Source: the human T2T-CHM13v2.0 reference genome, Homo sapiens. From it: a DNA stretch of 64,000 nucleotides. Numbering within the stretch: position 1 is the first letter of the stretch; each line of letters starts with the position of its first letter. Positions 54,761 through 64,000 of this stretch are shown piece after piece. The stretch lies in assembly GCF_009914755.1 (NCBI RefSeq), contig NC_060935.1; one strand, written 5' to 3'. The position numbers and the translations under genes were made by a program. The notes under the pieces were generated by a model. That model did no database searches. It was not told where the DNA came from and saw only the letters and a program-made list of their open reading frames with translations.

Positions 54761-56799
54761 TACTATTTAAAACTACAACTTTACACAAAACCATTTTATA
54801 GCTAACTCATCCTTTCTTTTCTTGTCAGGTAGGGATCAGAATAAATGCAAAGGTTGACACCTATCATGCTTAGATCAAGAATACCCAATCTCTGAGTGAA
54901 CTTCATTTCCCTGAAGCTTGGAGATCGTTGGGCAGAGGATGAAAGAGTTGATAATAAAATTACAGATTGTAGTTGGGGTTGGGGGACTGCTACCAAGACT
55001 GGAATTTGCCTTGAAGTCAGCAATCAACCCTTCAAAGCTAGGCTAAGAAATCAAAGGCTTGTCATGTATTTGTTTTAAGTTTTCCTGCAGGAAGGTTTTT
55101 AAGGATTTAAGAGTTCAATTTTATTACACTGAGAGAGGGAGAGAGAGATTGCTATCTCTTGTCCTGAAAGAGCAAATAGCTTGGATAACCTCATTTTCCA
55201 AAATGCTATTTATACAACTGTGAGGTCATGGTAGTTTAGGTAGTTTAGACTTCCTGGGTCTTCCTGGATTGTAGCCAAGTGACTTTTTCATTTTCACATT
55301 ACAAGAAAAATTGTCATGTCATCTTGGAGTGGTGTCACATTGCTGGGAAGAGCCCATTTTTATTGGCAGCATGATCCTCAAACCACTGTATTACCTATCA
55401 CCCTGCTGTTTGATGGAATGGACCCACTTCTTGTCTGGAGAGTCTATCCTCACCCTGACTGCACACAATTCCCCAAACAGCACCTCTGCCAGCCTTGAGT
55501 AGAGACTAAATATCTGTGTGCTCCAGGAAAAGCCAGAGGACTCAAGATTGGCCCACTAAGAAAGTGTGAGGCTTGTGGGTGTAGTGACATCAGAGCCATT
55601 TATTAACAGTTTGGGTTTATGTCTTGATTTCCCAGGGGCAGGGACAACAATGTGAGCAACTACTTACAGATCCCACAGGATCAAGGGGCTTTTTCCCACT
55701 AAATTTAGTCTGCCGGAAACCCGGATAAAAAAGTCACTCCTCCTTGAAGGAAGTCCCTACCTGCAGCTGCTGGTGTCAGTACTGGAATCTCATCCCAGTG
55801 TGACCTTCATTGCCTCTGTCAGTGTGACAGGTTCCACAGAGCTGTCACCCTGCAAACTCACCCTTCCTCCAGGAGCACAGGCGCAGAGCTGCAGTGGAGG
55901 GTACCTGTGTGGCTTCCTTGTCTGACACAGATTTGCCTTCATCTGGTAAGTCCCACCTCACTCCCCCAGTTCCCAGGAAAGGGCTTTCTTAAACCAGCAC
56001 AGCCCTGGAAGGGCCTCTCTTGTTTCAGGTGGGAGAACCAGCCCTTGTGGCATTCTGCAGGGCTTTGAAGTGAAAAGAACACATGGATGATTATTCTTGT
56101 GGTTTCCCTAATCTGTGTGCGGAGGGCAGAAGGAGCCAGGTGATCCTGTGTTTGAAATAAAACAGGTTACTCTTCTGAAAAAGGAGGAAGCAATTTGCTT
56201 CTGTAAGTACAAATCCTCCTGCTGAACCCCTGGGCCAGCCACCTCTAGCTGGCTTTCAAATGTGACAAATTGGTGCCATTTCCAGTGATGGCTGTGAGGC
56301 ACTTTTCACAAGCTCACTTGTTTTTCAGCAGCTCTCACCTCCACAAAGAGACAAAGGAAAACCTAGAGGCCTAGACTGTGGGGAAGAAGTGCCAGAACAA
56401 TCTGCTGAAAGTTAAAAATAAGTCTTAAAGTCAGCTCACTGCTGTCTGTTTTCCAAGGTCAGACTGACTGATGATTTTAGTCAAAACAGCCAAACTAGCT
56501 TCCCTGTGACCTCTGTTCAAGGTGGCTCCCCGTGGCACACCTGATGGCATCCATTCATGGTCCTACTGCTCAGAGGGCCTATGCTGCCATGTGTAAGAGC
56601 TGAAAAATAAGCAATGCATGACATCTTCTTCAATGAGCTTTTATACCAGTAGCTATTCACAGGGTTCTTATGACTAGCTAAAATAATTTGAGAATCAGGC
56701 TCTGTGCGATATGTTAATATTTGGATACATTTTCTAATGAAATCCCTATAATCTCCTTACAGCCCTGTGAGGAGGGTACTGGTCACTACCCCTATTTTG

Positions 56800-57287
56800 A
56801 AGCAGGCTTTCCCAATGTGCTGATTATTTTCTGTCTGCCTCTCTCCCATGAGTTCTCCACCCTTCACTACCCTGCACTGTGCTCAGAAGGCTGGTCCTTA
56901 CAGACAGCACAACCTGACTCCCTTGTGAGCTGACTTTGGTAGGCCTCGGGAGATCAGAGTAGGAAGAGAAGAGGTCAGGGTGCTTCTTTCCAACTTCCTC
57001 CGTCCTTGGGGAGCCATTTCTTGCAGCAGCTGCAACTCTCCATGGACTACTCGGCAATTGGAAGCAGGCTTCCCTCCAAGGTGCTCATGCTCACTGGGCT
57101 CTGGGACAGCATTTTCTCCTTTCTGCCTCCTGCCCAGATGAGTGATGGCTTCCCACTGCTGCTAGACCCTGGATGCCTCTCTGGCTTGTTTGTTCCCTCT
57201 ACCCTGTCTTCACCTCCATAAGTAGCCACTTCATTAAAGTATCATCATTTGAACCAATGTGCTATTGCCAAGACCCTGAATAACACA
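56800..57287 (+). mobile_element. ERVL LTR (LTR33-like)
   Basis: ggcttcccactgctgctag...tttgttccctctaccctg...cttcattaaa...accctgaataacaca. Confidence 0.65.
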
Positions 57288-57633
57288 CCCAGCCAAAAAA
57301 GGTGCAGGCCAGAGATGCAAACTCATGGTATTCAACAGTAGGGGAGGAGAAACATAAGCTGAAAATAAAACGAATAAAATTACAAGAGCTATGAGAAAGT
57401 TACAGAAAGTGTTATGGGAAATCAAAGGCCAACAAAAATACTTTGTAGAAGATGTAACATTGTGTTAGGCCTTTGAAAAATGGACAGAATGTAGACAGAT
57501 GGATATGAAAGAGTTTCAGATATGAACAAAGACAGCAAGGCAAAAAAAAAGCACAGAGCACATCTTGGGAACAGAAGTGGTTCAATTGTAGAAGTGGGGT
57601 AAACTTACGGATGACGTTTTTCAAACTCCATTC

Positions 57634-57842
57634 TTTTTTTGAGACAGGGTCTCACTTTGTCACCCAGGCTGAAATGCAGTGGTACAGTCACAGCTCACTG
57701 CAACCTTGACCTCCCAGGCTCAAGCCCCCCAGGTAGCTGGGACTACAAGCACACGTCACTAGGCTCAGCTAATTTTTGTATTTTTTTGTAGAGATGGGAT
57801 TTCACCATGTTGCCCAGGCTAGTCTTGAGCTCCTGAGCTCAA
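57634..57842 (-). mobile_element. AluJ fragment
   Basis: gagacagggtctcactttgtcacccaggctg...accttgacctcccaggctcaag...atgttgcccaggct. Confidence 0.9.
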
Positions 57843-59989
57843 ATTCTGTTCTTTAGAAGGCTTCTATATTGTGAACTGTTACTTCTGTATTGAAAAAAGG
57901 ATTCCGTGGTCAAATAAGATTGGGCACCTTTGAGATAAACGAGCTTAACTAGATTTCTTTATGCAAGACTTCTCAGAGTATTTGAAATGGTAATATCCAT
58001 ATTTAACTACCTTTTTTTACAGGCAATTTATTGACCTCTTCCAGAAGTGTGGGAGGGAATAGAATTTGGGAAACACATATTGTCCAATAGCATTCTTTAA
58101 TCCTGGGGGACTCCATGGTAGAGCAACTCAGAACACCCTGTAGTGGCCAAATTCAGAGCATACTGCAAAGAGTTCTGCAGAAAGCCAGTCAAATGTCATA
58201 AATCATGGACAAATGGCACCTAGAATGCCACCATGTAGCCATAGCGTGAGTAGTGAAATGTAATTAGCAGGCCAAGTGGAAACTGAATTTGTTATCTGAC
58301 ATGAACTGTAAGGAAACAATGGTAAACAGACCCTAAATGGAAGTTCAGATTAACATTCTGGAGAGTGTGAGAGCCCCAGTGGTAAAATTTCATGTACACT
58401 CACTGTGTCCTGTTCCTAGTGGCTGGCAAGCTAAATTATTTCTGATCTAATATTTTTAACCAATTAGAATTTTATTCATTAATTTAATCATTTATTAAAT
58501 TAACATTAAATAAGCCTTTACAAAGAGCTAGGTTCTCTGCTAGACTATAGCAGAAAACTATAAAGACTAAAAAGGAAAACAAGACAGATTTCCTACTCAT
58601 AAGGAGCTCTGGACTGCTTGAGTTTCAACATGTAAATATATATAATTACAACATAAGATATAATTTTAATACAACCCTCTAAAAAACATAAGTTAAACTT
58701 ACAAATCTAGCACCGAAGGGTTTGGAAGCCTTCAGAGAACAGCTGATATTTGAGCTTGAAGGATGAATAGAATTTTCCACAAAGTAAAGGAGAAACCTCA
58801 TAAAAGACCCAAATTCAAATATCCAGACCCCACACTGAACCACATGAAAGCTTACTCCTTATAAAGGAGTAAAAAGAGAATCCAACATTTATGGATAAAT
58901 ATAAACAAAAATTGAAAACAAAATAATTTTCCATAAAAGATTTTTAAAGTTGTAAAGATTTCAGAAAAAAAATTTCCAATATAAAATCTTCATTTTCTCT
59001 TTTGTTCTTGATCATAAGATCCAGTATGCAAGTTAGAGTAGATCAGAGAAGCCCCATGCTGGCCACTTCAAATTTGGAGACTTCAAATTTGACCAGAGAA
59101 AATGAGAAACACATAGTTATTCCAAAATGTTCCCAATATTTCAGTTTACAATAGTGCCCAGAGCATACAGGAAATTGCAAGTACTCAAGTCTATTTTTCT
59201 TTCTGATAATTTTAGATTGGCATATTCTAAGTAGGATTAGAGTAAAGCTTTTACTTGCTGTGCAGCTCTTTTTTTCCTACCATATGTACCAATATGACAA
59301 TTTAACCCTACAATAATTTTGTATGTTAAGCTTTTATATATTACACCTTCACATATTTACATTTAGAGTGCCTGACTACCTATGTTTCCAAAGACTTAAA
59401 ATGAGTAATCTATACTTAACAAAAATAGAAATTTTTAGAAAGTTTTGAATGTAATACAAATATATTTGTTTTCTGTATTAAGTGCTGTAGAGATTTGAGT
59501 GGTTTATCTTGTTAGATTTGTTTTTATTACAGGAATTTTACTATGGGGGTTTTACTTTTTACAAGGAAAATTTTAAATTAAACATTATAAGAAAAATGTG
59601 ATTTTGCCCTAAAAAAACACTGACAAATATATAAACCTTGTAATATTCATGGTTCAATAGGTAATTGTTCAATGAATGAACTGATGGTACCATAGAGGAG
59701 ATTGGAGGAGGAGACAAAAAATACAACCATGGCTCTCATTTGAATCTATAATTCTTCCTGAATTCAATATTAAAACTCTCTTGCCTGTAGACCAGACTGA
59801 AGACAAGATTTGGGGGTGTCAACGGGAGTCCTGGGATACATTTTTTCTTATAAAGTCTGGATTAAACTTTTTAGCATGGATAATATAACAGTTTGATTTA
59901 TTCATTTATTCATTCAACAATTTTCAAAAACATTTATTGAGCATTCACAGTAGTAACAATAGCAGCAGTGATAGTAATGATAATAATAA

Positions 59990-60230
59990 TTATAATAATA
60001 ATACGTATTGCCAATTTAGAATTTACTTTGTGCTGAGCTCGATGCTATGGGTTTTGTACTGATTATCTCACTGAATCTTTACAACACCCCTAAATCAGTC
60101 TCATTGTGCAGATGAGAAAAGTGAGGCACAGAAGGTCACGTAACTTGCCCACATTCACCCAACGAATAAATGAATTCTAAGTTGAATCCAAGTCAGTCTG
60201 ACCACAGAATTTCACATCCTTTGCTACTCC
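59990..60230 (-). mobile_element. MIR SINE
   Basis: gcagatgagaaaagtgaggcacaga...taacttgccca. Confidence 0.7.
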
Positions 60231-61109
60231 GGGATCCCATGGTAGGCACCGTGGGTGCCCCAAAATTAAAAAATGATGTGGATCATCTTCCCGTAAGGAT
60301 TACTATGTCATAAGCTCAAAGACTGTAACAGCAGGTTATCTAGGTTCTCTACTAACAGACAAGAAATCAAGGCCAATGAGTGTGGTGATTTACCCAAGGT
60401 CACACAGCACCTCTATGGCTAAGACACATTTAGAATGCCCCACCCTGTGTTGACTTTCATTCCAATTCTCTTTTCACTCACTACACAGAGCTGAAAACCC
60501 CCACTTACTGAGTAAACTACAAGATCCACGTAACACTTTATTATTATCAAAGAAATATGAAACCATATGGAAATGATTTTGAAATATGCCCATTTATCTC
60601 CTTAGACATAATCCTTTTTGATAACTTTCAAACTGACTTAAATTGTTGAGGCTACATATGGATCTTGGTCTCATAAAAAATAAGCACTAAAATTTAGTTG
60701 AGTTGAGGTTGAGTTTAGAGTTAGTGCTGGTCATGCCACCCTAAGCTTCCAAGTATCATTCAGTCCCATCTTGTTTCCTGCTTTGGGGTTATTTAACAGG
60801 TCATTCGTGAGTTATTACATAACTGGAACAAAAGCAAGATAGAATCAAAAGGATACTTAGAGCTGGAGTGACATCAGAAACTGATGCAACCTCCTTATTG
60901 TCAGGACGGGAAAAGGCAAGTCTGGGAAGCAATATAACACAATGGAATCCAGCAAAAGAATGGGGCAGACTGGGCAGAGGTCACAGCTGTGATCCTTTGT
61001 ACTGTAGTATGGCACCGAGTAGACTATTTTAAAACTTTGAACCTCAGAATCCTCATCTGCAGAATGAAGAAAATCATAGCTTCTCTATTTGTCTTAAAGA
61101 TTACACATA

Positions 61110-61501
<392 letters not shown>

Positions 61502-62489
61502 TTAATTTATGCATTGATTTTCTCATCTATACAGTGGATATTTTTCTTCTTGTCTGTGTTACAAAGTAGTTTTGTGAACACAGTGAGGTAATGTCCAGAT
61601 TTTTATGCTTTGAGCTTCAGCTCAAATTCTACCTCAAAGCTTTCAGCACCTGCCAGAGTGGGAATTAATGATTCCCTCTTCCATGTTCTCTAGCTCATGT
61701 CTGTATCCTGATCCAGCTGATATCTTGCTTTCTCCTATATTTGATTTTGTTTATGTCCATTGCATACATTCCTCGAGCTGAGGGGTATTTGCTTTCTCTC
61801 CCTGACAGCCCAAATAACCTTACACAGAGTGGATGATCAGAAAATGTGTGGGCTTTGCCCTGAATGCATTTTGAACAACTCCATTGCTACGCATATAAAA
61901 AGTATTCGGGAATTACAATTATAGAGTTGAACTGAGTTCTTAAGAAGCAGTGAGGATTTCGGTTTTGGTTCCCCCGACCCCCTCCCCACTGGGGAGGGAA
62001 ATGGGACGAGTACAAAAAGAAAAGCAAACCTCTAATCTTAGCATGAAGACATCTGCTGTTTACATTGGTCATTTGTCTCAGAGGTCAAAATACAGTTCTA
62101 TCATCGTCCTTATGGCAATCGTGATGACAACCTAACAGCCAGGAAGTAGCCTCTCATTTTACTCTTGGTAGCTCTGAGGAACAACAAAAGCTTGTGGTGC
62201 ATGTTCAAACCCTGAGCCCCCGTGGGACATCTGTAGTTAAAGAGTCCTTCCTATTAGCTCTTTGGATAGTGGGCGGTAGTCCCTGAGACCAGATGAAGGA
62301 CTGTTGTGCTCTTGGGCCCTTCTGTGCCTCAGTTTTTCTCTCTGAGTGATGGGAATAATCATCTTGTTCTCCATGACTCTAACTTGAAACATTGCAACTA
62401 CTAGGAAAAAAATGAGCAATGAATGTCAAAGCTGACTGAGGTGGTACTGGAGGACTACACTCCGAAGCAGAGCCAAGTGTGATAAATAT

Positions 62490-62720
62490 AACAATACCTA
62501 ATATTTATTAAGGGCTTGTTCCATGTAAGAAACTCTCCTAAGCACACTATGTATATTCATTCAATTCTTAAAAGAACTCTATGAGAAAGTCCTGGTTTTA
62601 CAGAGGAGGAAACTGAGGTACAGAAAAGTTAAGTGAAAAGCCACACAACTAGTAAGCGTCAGACCTTGGATTGGTACCCCATAGTCAGATGCCACAGGCC
62701 ACTCTTAATTATGTTGCTGT
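62490..62720 (-). mobile_element. MIR SINE
   Basis: ttttacagaggaggaaactgaggtacagaaaagttaag. Confidence 0.78.
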
Positions 62721-63456
62721 ATGGTCCTCCTATATGCATCTCTTTAATTTTGTGCCTAGCGCAATGTTTTCCATGTAATATGTGCTCAATATATATTTGT
62801 TGGATTGAAGTGACTCTAATACAACTTGAGCATGGTTGATAAATCTCTCCCTTCTTCCCTTCCTTCCAGCTGCACCTCCAGTTCCTCTATTAAGATACTT
62901 ACCTTTTAATGGTGTTTCTTCAATTGGGAGCTACAGACACTTAGAGATCCTCAATTTAATCTTTAAAATTTTTATAATAAAAGATAAACACATTCTGGAT
63001 CATTGGGATGACCATCTCATGCCAAGTACTGCCTCTTGATTGCAGCACCTGTGTGTACTAGTCTTTGGCAGCAAGAGTTACCACTTCACTTGCTATGCTA
63101 ATAAGAGAGAAACAGCACAAATACCTAAATAATGTATTAGAGTCAAGAGAAACCCATTGCAATGACATATGGTGTGGGCAAAGGAGATATGGTAGATGGA
63201 ACGAAGGAAAGAGGTGAGAGAATTGAGTCTGCATTGGGCACCTCACACATCATGAGAGTGGCAGAGCCACAGGGAAGTCAAAGGTACTGACGCCTCAGCT
63301 GTCAGTACCATGCAATGCTGATAGTAGTCCAGGAAACGTTACTAATTTCAATTTTATTATTCTGGAAGAAAATTTTTATAAATCTGTTTTGGTTTTATTT
63401 GCGAGTTGTTCAAAAGCTGTAACATAAGTTTATATCTGGTTTTGTGTCTGTGTGTG

Positions 63457-63742
63457 TTTTGAGACAGGGTCTTGGTCTGTCACCCAGGTTGGAGTGCAGT
63501 GGTGATCATAGCTCATTGCAACCTCCACCTCCTGGGCTCAAGCCATCCTCCCACCTCAGCCTCCCAAATAGCTGAGACCACAGGCGTGTGCCACCACAAC
63601 TGGCTAGGTTTTTTGTATTTTTTATAGAGATGGGGTTTTGCCATGTTGCCCAGGCTGGTCTCAAACTCCTAAGTTCAAGCAATCTGCCCACTTTGGTCTT
63701 CCAAAGTGCTACGATTACAGGCGTGAGCCACTGAGCCTGGCC
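63457..63742 (-). mobile_element. AluJ
   Basis: gagacagggtctt..., gatcatagctca, ctgggctcaagc.atcctcccacc, atgttgcccagg. Confidence 0.92.
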
Positions 63743-63858
63743 TATGTCTCTATATATTAATGTGACATTTTAAAAGAAAACAATTGAAGCTAAGCTAAGA
63801 AAAATTTGCCCTTAAAATGGTGGAAAATATCAGTTTCCTTTCTATTTAAGAAATACCA

Positions 63859-64000
63859 GGCCGGGAGCAGTGACTCACGCGTGTAATACTTGCTGAGAAG
63901 GGAGGATACTTGAGCCCAGGAGGTCTACGCTGCAGTGAGCTATGATCCTGCTACTGCACTCCAGAATGAGCTACAGAGGGAGTACTTGTCTTGAAAATAA
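63859..64000 (+). mobile_element. Alu monomer (FRAM/FAM-like, internally deleted)
   Basis: ggccgggagcagtgactcacgc...cttgagcccaggagg...gctgcagtgagctatgat. Confidence 0.75.

Overview
Eukaryotic, almost certainly human (hominid) repeat-rich non-coding DNA: the window carries an SVA, an L1PA2-type L1 and a near-consensus AluYc1. I found no convincing intact host protein-coding gene, rRNA/tRNA, CRISPR array or prokaryote-type system. Most listed ORFs are chance or repeat-derived. Best-supported content: a 5'-inverted (twin-primed) L1 with a 31-bp breakpoint duplication (20.5-22.5 kb); a full-length SVA with 10 extra 5' nt (34.9-36.3 kb); a near full-length Hsmar1 mariner fossil with two templated insertions (53.5-54.8 kb); a solo LTR8-family LTR inside a MIR; about 15 Alus/Alu monomers; and many MaLR/ERVL LTR, MIR and L2 fragments. 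The non-repeat observations most worth checking are speculative: (i) a diverged ~210-bp local duplication (29.2/30.5 kb) centred on minus-strand splice-acceptor-like sites and followed by stop-poor frames, possibly a decayed gene; (ii) a composite nuclear-receptor element plus NF-kB/STAT/C-EBP motifs at 27.5-27.9 kb; (iii) a promoter/short-intron-like arrangement at 55.7-56.3 kb. Subfamily calls and boundaries of old repeats are from memory of consensus sequences and are approximate.
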